Below are positions 1-10,597 of a DNA stretch of 64,000 bases, piece after piece (within the stretch, counting starts at the first letter, position 1; the number at the start of each line of letters is the position of its first letter). Both the position numbers and the translations under genes were made by a program. Source of the DNA: Schizochytrium sp. TIO01. Lineage: Eukaryota > Protista > Bigyra: Labyrinthulomycetes. Location of the stretch: contig SMSO01000014.1 of the NCBI GenBank assembly GCA_004764695.1, positions 2,041,648 through 2,105,647 of the forward strand. Reading direction: 5' to 3'. A model generated the notes under the pieces. The model had not been told where the DNA came from. It did not search any database and saw nothing but the letters and a program-made list of their open reading frames with translations.

Positions 1-621
1 GGTCAAGCTCTTAGTCATGGACCATCCTAGCAAAGGAGTTGTATCGTTGCATCCATCGCCATATCTTTCGTAGACAATTTGCCCATCCTTGATTAGGATT
101 ACAGCCCGTGTATGAAGGCGTTCGTCGGCAAAATGTTCGTCAAGAGCATTTTCCAGAGCACCCATATCAATTGTGGAGCGAACTTGATTTGCATGAATTT
201 CGTCGATTGCATCTCCAATTGGAAATAGTGCTGACGCATTCCGGTGATGTTCGATAGGATCTACAGGAGTAAAGTTTGACGCGTTGTGAAGTAATGCGCA
301 TCCTAGACGCTCGGAACGCCAACACGCGGTTCTGGTGAGCTGTGGAAAGAATCTCGAACGAGCCAAAACACATTTTTCTTCGGGCTGCACCTCAAGAATC
401 GAAAAGAGACGAATAGGCGGGAAGATAAACTCTGCCTCCAGCGCACTCTTAAGATCACGTCCTGCTACGAACACAATAGAACAACCTACTTTGGCGCCAT
501 ACCCATTACTCATTTGCATTCCTTGATATATCTCTTTGTCATATTTGCTAAAGAATGCTGCAACTCCAAAGGCTACACAGACAACCACGAGTGCGAGGAA
601 CTGTACACAACAACTCTTCAT
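1..621 (-). CDS. Beta-lactamase/AmpC-family serine hydrolase, secreted or membrane-anchored; 3' part lies outside the window
   Basis: Not in the ORF track. Hand translation from ATG 621 is open to position 1 (207 codons): MKSCCVQFLALVVVCVAFGVAAFF (signal/TM)...GYGAKVGCSIVFVAGR...RLGCALL...HTRAVILIKDGQIVYERYG...PLLGWSMTKSLT. It contains the catalytic SxxK (SMTK) in the typical context. Confidence 0.88.
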   Translation of the reverse strand, partial: MKSCCVQFLALVVVCVAFGVAAFFSKYDKEIYQGMQMSNGYGAKVGCSIVFVAGRDLKSALEAEFIFPPIRLFSILEVQPEEKCVLARSRFFPQLTRTACWRSERLGCALLHNASNFTPVDPIEHHRNASALFPIGDAIDEIHANQVRSTIDMGALENALDEHFADERLHTRAVILIKDGQIVYERYGDGCNDTTPLLGWSMTKSLT

Positions 622-1675
622 CCTATTTAAGGAAAAAGATAACGCAACTTAAGATCGATAGCTTTCCCAATGTACAAAGGCACTGTCGCGTAGCGTGCAG
701 CCTGCCTTGGCCTCAACAGACTTCGTAAAATGTTGCTCAAGACTCTGAAATGTGACGGCTACGGGTGATTGCTCTTGATTGGCCCAACGAGCTGTAAAAA
801 GGGAGAGCGAAGTGAAGTACAATCAGTTTCCCATCAAAGATTTACCACACACACGAATTAATGTTGATGATCTGCAGCTTCCTCTCCTCGAGAACGTAAG
901 TTGCAAGCCGCAACGACTGGTACCTACTGCTGCTTAAGCCGAATGGGCTAAACATTCAATTTTTCTTTGGCGCAGAAGTTCAAGCCCTTTTCTTCAAGAT
1001 CTTAGTGTCGGTCTTCCTTCTGTCCAATCACAATTATAAAAGAGAACAATAAGTGAATTATGGACTGCACAACCCATGTATCCGTTGATACGGACATGTT
1101 GCCACTTTTCTTTGCTTCAGTTTATTAGAGGATAAGAGAAAGACGTTCATATCAAGGCTGCTGGTAAGGCTTTTGCGAGGTCATCAGCAGCTACAAAAAG
1201 TTAAGGAACAGAAAAACTTAATGTTGTAGGAGTGTTCTGTAGCAATAGTAGTGTTCTTGAGAGAACAGTTTGCTACTTAAAACTCGTCTAAACGAAAGGA
1301 TAGGAAAGTGACTAGACATCAATCTACGCTCAAGACGCAAAAAGGAAGTGGGTGAATTGAACAGATTATTTTAAACAGAAAGATAAGAAGTACTTCTCAC
1401 ACGCCCCACGTTTACTCATACAGCTTTTTATTCATCAGCGTTCCTTCTTTTTAGTGTTCTGTCTCATCTTCTTGGTTCCTGAGGAGCAAGGGTAAAAGTG
1501 AACGTTGAAGGCCTCTACGCAGGACCTTTCAGCGTGCGAAGCCTTGCAAATTGAAATCGTACGGCAAAGAGAGAGGTGAAGGCCGGCAAACTGGAGCTGA
1601 AGCCGCGGAGCTGTTCGGCTCCAACGTTGCTGCCTGATCTTCTTGCTTAGCCGAGATCGAAGTCATTGAAATAGT

Positions 1676-4600
1676 ATGGGAAGCACAGTGGTGCCTTTTG
1701 AAGTTGTCATTGCATCGGATGATGCATTGGTGCAGAGAGATGGCAGCGTAGACACTACACATGACAATGGCGTTGCTAGTTCGGGTACATCTGGAGCTGA
1801 GTACGGCGAGACTGAGGTTGCGCAAGTACAAAAGAACTCATCGCAACCTTTCATGGTACAACATGCGGGATCGACGCCAGCTGTTCAACTATCACATGGG
1901 GAAACAAGGCCAACTGTGAATGATGGTCCTGCCCCCCCCCAGAGAATGTTGGGGGGTGCGTTCAATGGTAGAATCCACCCAACACCTCTTGAACCTGCAC
2001 GGCGCGATTGGCTCGGGCCTGCGCGAACCCAAGTCCATTTGCCATTTGCTAAGAAAGGTACAAATTCATCTCCAAGTGTGCTATCAGATACCACTCAGAT
2101 TGAAGAAGTGCGAGAAGAGAAGGATGAAAATGCTTCCTTACAATCATCATCATCGTTGGCCTTTGATCCTGCAGCTAAACAACACTACGCAACACCACCC
2201 CAACCTCCTACTGGACCCGTGTTCATAACATGTGAGCCTCCAGAAATGCCAATCTATACTCAACCTAAGAACTTAGAATCATCGAATGATTCATTTCAGG
2301 AGCATTCCCAGTCTGTACCGATGAATATTTTCGTTGAAAGAAATCAAATTCAGCATGAGCCAGAGGCCATGCCAATTCTCTCTATTCCAGCTCCCAAACT
2401 TCAACCCATGCCACGTGATGAACAGCTGACCGCTGCAGAGCTATTATTACGAGGAGGTATTCTGTGGAAAATTGCCTTCAATCCATCAATTCATGGCGGA
2501 GCGGGGAAACGCCGCTGGTTTAAGATTGTGGTTCCTCGTGGTGCACCAAATAGCGAGGCAGTTATTGAATGGCATGATCCAGAGCGTTCAAGCAGAAGGC
2601 CTCGTTCGATCCCAATGAACCGAGTGATGAAAATTCTAACCGGGCATCAAACAAAGCCGTTTTTTACAATGCCACAAGCAGAGCTCCCACCCGTGCATCT
2701 TTCATTCTCGTTACTTTTACCTGAACGTACAGTAGATCTTGCGGCAATGAGTGCAAGTGATTTAAATATTTGGTTAGATGGATTAAGCTATTATGCTGTG
2801 AATGCAAGTGTAAAGCCACCTTGCTCAAATTTTAATGTGGGAGAACTCACGAAGCCGCAGCCTTCATTCGAGGATGAAGATATTGAAAATGCTATACTTG
2901 ATTTATTTGATGCGTGCTATGACAATCATGTGAGCACGTTTGCAGATGTATTAAACAATTACTCGATTACCATCGATACATTAGAGCCGGGGGTTGCCTA
3001 CGGAGAAACGTGTCTAATTATTGCAAGCCAGCGAGGGTATGCTCAAATTGCCGAGATTTGCTTGCGATATGGTGCTGTAAATGACCCTCATCCAGATTAT
3101 GGCCAGACAGCTTTGCAGGCTGCTGTGAGCCAGGGTAAGCTTGTGTGTGTCAGACTATTGCTCGAAACTGCTGCTCCAAGTAAAATGGACACTGAAATTG
3201 TAAACGAGCCAGATCAAAAAGGTGTCCCACCACTGCATATGGCATGCTCGCAAAAGGACCTACCTTTGATTGAGTTGTTGCTAAAACACGGTGCTGATGT
3301 TGCTCTTGTGGACTCGAAGGGAAGAACCGTCCTGCACTGTACTGTATTGACTCGAAGTGCTGCTCAGCAGGGCCGATTGCAAGACATTCTTTCTTGCTTG
3401 CGCCTTATCATAGATCATGGCGCTGATGATTTCATTAATGCTCAAGATGATGCAGGAAATACAGCTTTGCATTTCGCGGTGCAGAGTGGCAATGCAGACG
3501 TAGTCCGGGTGCTGCTAGAATCAGCTGGGAATCCTCTTATAGTAAACAAAGAGGGCTTCTTACCTTACCATTTTGCAATGTCAAGAAAGGCCACAGATTG
3601 CTTGGCTCTACTCCGTGAATACGAGTCATGGTTTTCTGGTCATGAAAAGCGTCAATACCTTTCCCGGGATTCTGCAGCCCAGGTACCACACAAGTATGGA
3701 GACGAGCAAATCTATCCGCATCAGAATTATCAGCGGCCAATTTCCTCCAGTACGGGTACCAATTCGTCAACAGGAAACTTTTCAGGGAACGCCGGACCTA
3801 TTTCTTCAGAATTAAGTCATAGTCAAAATACACCGTCGTGGACCGAATACTTTACAGAAGATGGTTATGCTTATTACATCAATGATTGGACTGGAGAATC
3901 GCAATGGGAGGATCCGCAACTGGCATCGCCATCATGCACTGTACATCGCACGGCATCTACATCTACTTCGTCTTCAAAGAATTGGTCAGGTTATATCGAA
4001 AGTGCCAATTTAGCTGCTGCTGCTGCTCGCCAGCGTAGCTCTACTGCTGATACTGAGGCCTTTCATGAAGCGATTCACCACGTCGCTTCTAAATCTACTT
4101 CAAGTAGTGGAATCACGGAAAGCAAACCCGAGCTGCGTCCCCTTCCTTCTTCAGGTACACCGCGCGGAGTCAGCAACATGTTTCGCCAGCAACTATATCG
4201 TGCGCGTCAAGCACAGCGCCAAGACTCTTCTCTCACTGCTGAATTCTCAGCATCAAATATACAGAGCAATCGCCAATCGCAAAGAAGATATCATGGGAGG
4301 ACTCACGGCAAAAGCTGTCGTATTGGCAACGTAGAGAATGGGCAATATTCTGAAAGTGGCTCTTGCCAAGAAGAGTACAGCGGCGAGGATTTTAGCAATG
4401 ACGAAGGTTCCCAAAGCAGTGCTGGGTCTTACAATAGCAACGAAGACAGTGTGGCAGAAAACACCCATCGTAGGAAGTCCATATCAAATAGTCAACGACA
4501 AGGACAACTCAAAACTGCAAGTAGATCTAGAAGACTTGGGTCACGTTATGGTTCTCAGCAACGAAAGAACCGAAATGAAGATCTTGGTGATAGATCCTAC

Positions 4601-6943
4601 GAAAAGTTTACTAGCTCGGACGGTGAATATCAGAGTGACGACGAGGGTTCACAAAGTCGAGCAGCAACATGCTTCAATAATGCCAGTAATGATGGAAAAA
4701 GTGGCCGAAGGAGTACACGCAATTCTTTACCACGAAAGTTTGAAGATCCTGAGAACTCTAAGGAGCCATTTGATAACGAATCTGAAAGTCCAAATAGCAT
4801 GGGTAGAACCCATGTAGATTTCAAGCCCGTGCCTGAAGGGGCTCGCATGGAAGGCAGCGTGGTGGAAGCATTGGATCACAAAACAAGTGAGACAAAGCAG
4901 GAATCGAAAATTATAGTCGAGAAGAACGAGGATACACCTTCGTTCCTTGAAGAATTAAAGCGCCGAAATCAATCTAAATTACCAGAAGAGCCCAAGTGTG
5001 GCTCTACTAGTGATCAGAAGAAAACAGACGAGCCTCTGGATATGGAAAAGTATGGCAAATATGTGCAGATGCGAAAGTTTGGCATTGGTGAGGCTGCTGT
5101 GCGTCAAAAAATGCTTATGGACGGTATTGACGACGAAATTACTATTGCGCAAGTTCTGAAAGTTCAAGCGAACAAAGTTTCAAGTAACGAAAGTGAAATA
5201 TCAAAGTCAACAGAAGTGAAACCGGAAGCTACCACAGACTCTAATGCCATTGCGAATAAACTTACTTCAGAAGCTGCAGCAGCTGCCAATGCAGCGAATG
5301 TCGCGGAGGCCATGACTAAGCTGGAGTCTCTAGAAATATTTGCGAAGTATAAAAAAATGGGCAAGTTAGGAATTCCTGCAGCCGCTGTAAAGCAAAAAAT
5401 GATGAAAGATGGTGTAGAAGATGGTGTGATTAAGCTCTTTGAAATTGCTTTCAAATTAGTTGCACCTCCGCCACCCCCTAGTGGTCCATCTCCCGATGAA
5501 GCGATGGCAGAACTGGAAATGATGGAATGCTTTGCAAAGTATAAGAAGATGAACAAGATGGGCATTCCACCCCCGGCAGTGAAACAAAAAATGTTGAAGG
5601 ACGAAATTGATGAGAATACCATCAAACTGTTTGAGATTGCCTATCGCCTGGTCGCTCCTCCTCCCCCATCAGGACAACGAAAGTCCTCGCGTCGAGGTCG
5701 ATCCGTTCTGAAGCTGCATTGGAACACGCTTCAGGTTAACTCAGTTGAAAATACAGTATGGGCTTCACAATCCTCAATCGAGACATTACCAGCGGAGGAA
5801 CTTAAAGATTTGGAAGAGCTTTTTGCTGCTAAGCAAGCAAAAAAAACAGTGGCATCCAGCTTGGGCAAGACCGCTGAAAAACCAAAGCGCAAAAGTGTGG
5901 TGTCGTCAAAGCGTGAAAACAATGTTGGCATCGGCCTGGCGCAATTCCGTAAATCGTTTCCAAGTATTGAAGACATTGGAACTGCTATAGATGCTGCTGA
6001 TGCTGAGCGTCTTGGGGGGAACAAAGCACAGCTTTTACTTAATCTTCTTCCTGATGCAGAAGAAACTAGGGGTGTTGAAAGAGAGGTACAGCGTATAACG
6101 GAAGAAAAATTCCTTGAAGATGCAACGCCTGTGGAAAAGTTTTTTGTGTCTATTCTCAAGGTAAGGGATGTTCAGCGAAAGGTACAAGGCATTGTTTTTG
6201 GACAGCTCTTTGAAGATCAGAAGCAAGAGCTCGATGAAAAAATAAGTATTATCTTACGAGGGTGTGAAGAGATTCAGTCCAGTGAAAGGCTAAAGCGTGT
6301 TTTTAAACTGATCTTGGACATTGGTAACTTTATGAATGATGGTGACGAGGCAGGGTTCACTTTAGATTCGTTGTTGAAGCTTGGGGAAACTCGTGCAGCG
6401 GATCGAAAGACCACCGTTATGGATTATCTATGCAAACTTGCACATCGTCAAGATGGAGATGAATTACTGCACTTTGATGATGACCTCAAATCCATTGAAG
6501 CGGCTAGTAAATTGCATCCAGGAGACCTTTCACAGCGTGCGCGTAAGCTACTGACCTCAATGGAGAGTCTTGAGCGTACTGTAGATGCGCACAAGGGAAG
6601 TGCATACGCAATTGAGATGCAGTCCCGTTTAGAGCAAATCAAACCAAATGTGGGTAAACTTGTGGAGCAAGCTGACGCAATGATTGCAGCAACGCGGGAG
6701 GCAGTGTCCTACTTTGGCGAATCTCCTGATGGATGTACCCCACAGCACATGTTACGAGTTTTGCAAAAGTTTCTCGTTCTTTTTATTGATTCTCGACGAA
6801 AATTTTTCCACAAACTCAAACTTGAGCGGCGCCGGCAGAGCCAATTAGATGCTAAGGCAGCCTCCAGCAAAGGAAATCAAAAAGCAAAGGTCGATAGTGG
6901 AAAAAACAAGGGAGAATCCAAAGAAAGAGAAAGTAAAGAATAA
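1676..6943 (+). CDS. Multidomain formin: PH, ankyrin repeats, WW, three WASHC3/CCDC53-like motifs, short poly-Pro tracts, FH2
   Basis: 1755-aa ORF. PH: LLRGGILWKI...RRWF...LSFSL...RTVDLAA...WLDGL. Ankyrin repeats: GETCLIIA, GQTALQAA, GVPPLHMA, GRTVLH, GNTALHFA. WW: WTEYFTEDGYAYYINDWTGESQWEDP. FH2: KLHWNTL...NTVW...RENNVGIGL...ILDIGNFMN...GFTLDSLLKL...YFGE. Confidence 0.92.
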   Translation: MGSTVVPFEVVIASDDALVQRDGSVDTTHDNGVASSGTSGAEYGETEVAQVQKNSSQPFMVQHAGSTPAVQLSHGETRPTVNDGPAPPQRMLGGAFNGRIHPTPLEPARRDWLGPARTQVHLPFAKKGTNSSPSVLSDTTQIEEVREEKDENASLQSSSSLAFDPAAKQHYATPPQPPTGPVFITCEPPEMPIYTQPKNLESSNDSFQEHSQSVPMNIFVERNQIQHEPEAMPILSIPAPKLQPMPRDEQLTAAELLLRGGILWKIAFNPSIHGGAGKRRWFKIVVPRGAPNSEAVIEWHDPERSSRRPRSIPMNRVMKILTGHQTKPFFTMPQAELPPVHLSFSLLLPERTVDLAAMSASDLNIWLDGLSYYAVNASVKPPCSNFNVGELTKPQPSFEDEDIENAILDLFDACYDNHVSTFADVLNNYSITIDTLEPGVAYGETCLIIASQRGYAQIAEICLRYGAVNDPHPDYGQTALQAAVSQGKLVCVRLLLETAAPSKMDTEIVNEPDQKGVPPLHMACSQKDLPLIELLLKHGADVALVDSKGRTVLHCTVLTRSAAQQGRLQDILSCLRLIIDHGADDFINAQDDAGNTALHFAVQSGNADVVRVLLESAGNPLIVNKEGFLPYHFAMSRKATDCLALLREYESWFSGHEKRQYLSRDSAAQVPHKYGDEQIYPHQNYQRPISSSTGTNSSTGNFSGNAGPISSELSHSQNTPSWTEYFTEDGYAYYINDWTGESQWEDPQLASPSCTVHRTASTSTSSSKNWSGYIESANLAAAAARQRSSTADTEAFHEAIHHVASKSTSSSGITESKPELRPLPSSGTPRGVSNMFRQQLYRARQAQRQDSSLTAEFSASNIQSNRQSQRRYHGRTHGKSCRIGNVENGQYSESGSCQEEYSGEDFSNDEGSQSSAGSYNSNEDSVAENTHRRKSISNSQRQGQLKTASRSRRLGSRYGSQQRKNRNEDLGDRSYEKFTSSDGEYQSDDEGSQSRAATCFNNASNDGKSGRRSTRNSLPRKFEDPENSKEPFDNESESPNSMGRTHVDFKPVPEGARMEGSVVEALDHKTSETKQESKIIVEKNEDTPSFLEELKRRNQSKLPEEPKCGSTSDQKKTDEPLDMEKYGKYVQMRKFGIGEAAVRQKMLMDGIDDEITIAQVLKVQANKVSSNESEISKSTEVKPEATTDSNAIANKLTSEAAAAANAANVAEAMTKLESLEIFAKYKKMGKLGIPAAAVKQKMMKDGVEDGVIKLFEIAFKLVAPPPPPSGPSPDEAMAELEMMECFAKYKKMNKMGIPPPAVKQKMLKDEIDENTIKLFEIAYRLVAPPPPSGQRKSSRRGRSVLKLHWNTLQVNSVENTVWASQSSIETLPAEELKDLEELFAAKQAKKTVASSLGKTAEKPKRKSVVSSKRENNVGIGLAQFRKSFPSIEDIGTAIDAADAERLGGNKAQLLLNLLPDAEETRGVEREVQRITEEKFLEDATPVEKFFVSILKVRDVQRKVQGIVFGQLFEDQKQELDEKISIILRGCEEIQSSERLKRVFKLILDIGNFMNDGDEAGFTLDSLLKLGETRAADRKTTVMDYLCKLAHRQDGDELLHFDDDLKSIEAASKLHPGDLSQRARKLLTSMESLERTVDAHKGSAYAIEMQSRLEQIKPNVGKLVEQADAMIAATREAVSYFGESPDGCTPQHMLRVLQKFLVLFIDSRRKFFHKLKLERRRQSQLDAKAASSKGNQKAKVDSGKNKGESKERESKE

Positions 6944-7297
6944 GAGAGCGAAGAATGATGCGGAGAAATATAAGCACTTGAGGTTAAGAAGGTTGTTCAT
7001 TATAAAAAGTAAACTCGCGTTTGATAGCTTTGGTTTTCTTGATGAATTTATAAAAAACAAGAGCGGATCCTATGAACTAAGTAGACTTCAGGAGAGACGT
7101 AACGAATGAGCGTCCATGGGACGATAAAAATAACAAATTTTTAAAACACCAACAAGCATGAAATGCCTGACCTAGTGCGATACTGTAGCGAGCATCTCTA
7201 AATGTGCCGCTCTTTAAAAAAGGAATAGAACTTTGTTAGCTCCAGCGAACCAAATACGCTTGCTGGACCATGCAGAGCTTGCTCGGCTATACATGCT

Positions 7298-8161
7298 TTA
7301 CTTTTCGATTTCAGTATCATCCTCCTTTCCAGAAAATGCAGTTTGAAGACCCAGGTCCTCGCTGGTCTCGAGGTGCTCCGTGGATGCCATGACGAGACTC
7401 TGGAAAGCCTTGGCGCCAGGACCGTTCGGGTTACCCTCATCCAGGGTTTGGGAGTTCTCAGCAGCTTGGAGGATGGAAACGGCCGTGAAGCCCAAAGGCC
7501 GGCAGCGTTCGCCGGTGAGGTAATTGAAGAGCGAAACCAAAGGTCCACCGTGCGAGCAGATGATAACGGTCTCATTCGGGAATGCGGCCGCTACTGCAGC
7601 TGCAAAGCGGCCAATGCGGGCGCGCATGGCATCATGATCTTCAGGATGCTCAATAGTAAATCCGGGCTGAAAAACACTCACATGCGCATCTTCAAGACCA
7701 AAAGATTTGTCAAAGTCACCAACTTGGTTCAGGAGCTGGGCTGCTGGAACATGGGCCTGAGCACGCAACTTGACATTTTCGTATCCAGATCCAGTGGTGA
7801 ATCCAGGAGGACCACCCCACGTTGAGTCAGACTTGCCAGAAAGAGCCCAGGACCTGTAAAAGTCCTCGGAAATGGCCTCACAGACCGCATTTTCAATGCA
7901 GATCTTGGGTTTCGTGCCAAGAGCCTTGCCCATAGCCACGGAGGTTTCTACACATCTCGTGAATGGGCTTGAGAAGATGCGAGTTGCCTTTGGGAGTCCC
8001 AGCTCTTCAAGTTTTGTTTTGATGAATTCTCCAGCCTTTTCTGCCTGTTCCTTACCATGACTTGTCAGTGGTGTATCCCAGGGCTTTTTAGCGCTGTCGA
8101 TCCACTCCTTCTTCTTCAAGTAGTCTTCGCGTTCGCCGTGACGTACAAGAACCAGCACCAT
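7298..8161 (-). CDS. Histidine phosphatase (phosphoglycerate mutase-like) family protein
   Basis: Motifs LVRHGER, DTPLT..G..QA, IFSSPFTRCVET and IICSHGG. First ATG is at 8161; the ORF track starts at an upstream TTG. Confidence 0.9.
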   Translation of the reverse strand: MVLVLVRHGEREDYLKKKEWIDSAKKPWDTPLTSHGKEQAEKAGEFIKTKLEELGLPKATRIFSSPFTRCVETSVAMGKALGTKPKICIENAVCEAISEDFYRSWALSGKSDSTWGGPPGFTTGSGYENVKLRAQAHVPAAQLLNQVGDFDKSFGLEDAHVSVFQPGFTIEHPEDHDAMRARIGRFAAAVAAAFPNETVIICSHGGPLVSLFNYLTGERCRPLGFTAVSILQAAENSQTLDEGNPNGPGAKAFQSLVMASTEHLETSEDLGLQTAFSGKEDDTEIEK

Positions 8162-8832
8162 CTTGCTCTTCAAGCTGTTCCGAGTAACTTCTCGCGACTT
8201 CTACCTCTGCACAAATACAAGCAGGCCAGTTTAATCCTCGTCTTTTAGCCAATCTCGCGGCGATTCTGTTCTGCTGCTACTTTTTATGCTTCGCATTCCG
8301 GATAATTTGCCACCGATCGCATTGCATTTCCATAGCGCATAATTAAAACCAAGTAACATAAAAAAACAAACAAAAATAAAAACAAACACACAAAACATAA
8401 AACCCCATAAACATTGAATTAAAAAAATACACAAAAAAAACTTTCAAGATCTTCATTCTGATCGTCAGGTAATACTATTAATAGTCTAGGTATCTTTGAC
8501 TGTTCTCGTCACTTTCCTCTTCTGTCTCCTCTCTGCCTCGCCAAAACCGGGCTTTCAGACCGATTAGTTGAGAAGGTCAGTATCGTGACCGTCAAACTTG
8601 TAACTTCTTCGGCTCTCGTTTATCATTTCATTAAAAAAACCTCGAAAATAATAATAATAATTAAAGTGGTTCATTTCATTTCCCAGGAAATCCAGAAAAC
8701 ACTCGGCGCTCATCCGAAAAGGTTCGGCAGGCAAAGCCGTGGCTTCAGAAGAAGCATGAAAGAACTACTCTTGAAGAGGCCAAACTCGCGAGAAAACCCA
8801 CTCTTCGACAATGGTCAGAACGAGGAGCCCAG

Positions 8833-8887
8833 TCATTCGTTCATTCATTCATTCATTCACTCATTCACTCATTCACTCATTCACTCA
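8833..8887. repeat. (TCAT/TCAC)n microsatellite
   Basis: tcattcgttcattcattcattcattcactcattcactc... Confidence 0.9.
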
Positions 8888-10597
8888 AAGATCAGATTGA
8901 AAGAAAGAGTGGCAGAAAAAGATTTCTTGGGCTGCAGAGACTCACTCAGCTTCGAGTCTAATCTCTAGAACGATGACGGTGATAGAAAGCGTCGCGGGTG
9001 GGCCCATCGGGGGGTCTTGAGAGGCGGTGCCGGCGTGAAAGCCCGCCTTCAGCTGAGGGTCGTGTTGACGCCTCGCCTTTGAAGACCCGCCGCAGAAGTG
9101 ACGCGCTTGCGGCCCTGGAACTCGTCGCGAATCTCCACAGAATTGGATAAAAGTATAGCGACGGTGTGTTTTTGTAATGGAGAATGCCATAAAAATGCCA
9201 TAAAGCCTTCAGGTCGAAACTGTAAATGTAGTTGGCGAACCACTGACGATCATGGGCTCTCATTGGAGGAGGGTCCTTGGAGGTAGGGGGGAACCATTCC
9301 CAAGGCCGCGAAGTCATCAGGATGTCTTCGTTGTTGAATGTATTGTATTATTCGCAGATTTATGTTCATTTATGCAGCGAGAATGCCGCACACAAAACAA
9401 ATTGAACATCGTTCATAGCTTTGCTTCAAGACCATGCTTCGAAGCCAGCCTTGAGCTGCCCCCTGCACACTCAAGATTGTTGCAAACTCGCCGATCAAAG
9501 ACATACCTTCATTCCCATCAGAGCAAGCAGCTAACTCGGCCATCTCGAGGCACTCAGATTCATTCATACGCGCCACGAAACACGGGTCTCGCGAAACCTG
9601 TCTTGACCTACTGACGCTGCGATTTGGCTGCGCAATCTTTGCTCTTGATTGTAAGACTTCGCCGCGTGCATCGTTCGGACCCCGCCTGAGACTTAACCAA
9701 AACAAGGGCTGACAGGGACTACAAATGCAAGTGTAACTGTGAATGCAGTGAGGATTACATTTTACAATGCCGCCCACCTATCAAGCCCCTCAGTCGGGGA
9801 CATGGGCAGTGAAACCGCGCTTGTGGCGCAGGGAAGCAAGTGCAGCTGCAGAGGAGATCCTGTGCTGCCTCGGTCTTCCGATACCCTCGGACGCTTGCGA
9901 TTATAATTTCGAAGTAGGCGCTGCCTAGCTCATGGTAGCTCTTCGAGAGATGTAGATAATATACGCCGCTTGAGCAATCCTGAGGGGATCAAGGGGACAC
10001 GCCCGATGGTCTGGTCTTGCTTTGGGGGGGGGGGCGTATCTAGGTACTGCAAAGAACGCTTTCCTGGCGAAACATCGTCGTTGGTGCGATAGTTTTGGCT
10101 TTGGGACGATCAAGTTGATAATGTTCTTCATGATGTAAACGACGCCGTGTGTACTTGCTGCCAAGGTTGGGCCAGTATAGCCCAGGAGAAGGGGGTCGGG
10201 TCGCAGCCTAACAAGCCCATAGTGGAACCAACATTGGGGCAGTACTAGCATGGTGGGCTGAAGAAGAATACAGTGGATTTGCCACATCAGCAAAAGACAA
10301 GACAAGACAAAAAATACAACAATGGATAGCAAGATGTGTAAACAGTAACAACATATTTCGGCACAATGAGTTATCTGGATATATGACGCAGTAAACTTGT
10401 CTCCAATTAGAGAGCTCCTTTTCCATGTTTCTCTTCGAAATGGATTAAATTTTTGAACAAAGCGCGATTGTTTCAGCACAGCTGGTCACACATGCTTTGA
10501 TCTCACTTGGGATCGACACAAATCTAGGGCACCAAGACTTAGCCGCGTTGTAAAGTTTGATGATCTCAAGTTAAGGTAAGAGAAAACAAACTTAACT

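Noticed and set aside
9925-10479. 184-aa minus-strand ORF
   Set aside because: GTG start, overlaps the likely 3' UTR of the HTATIP2-like gene, and has no recognisable features.
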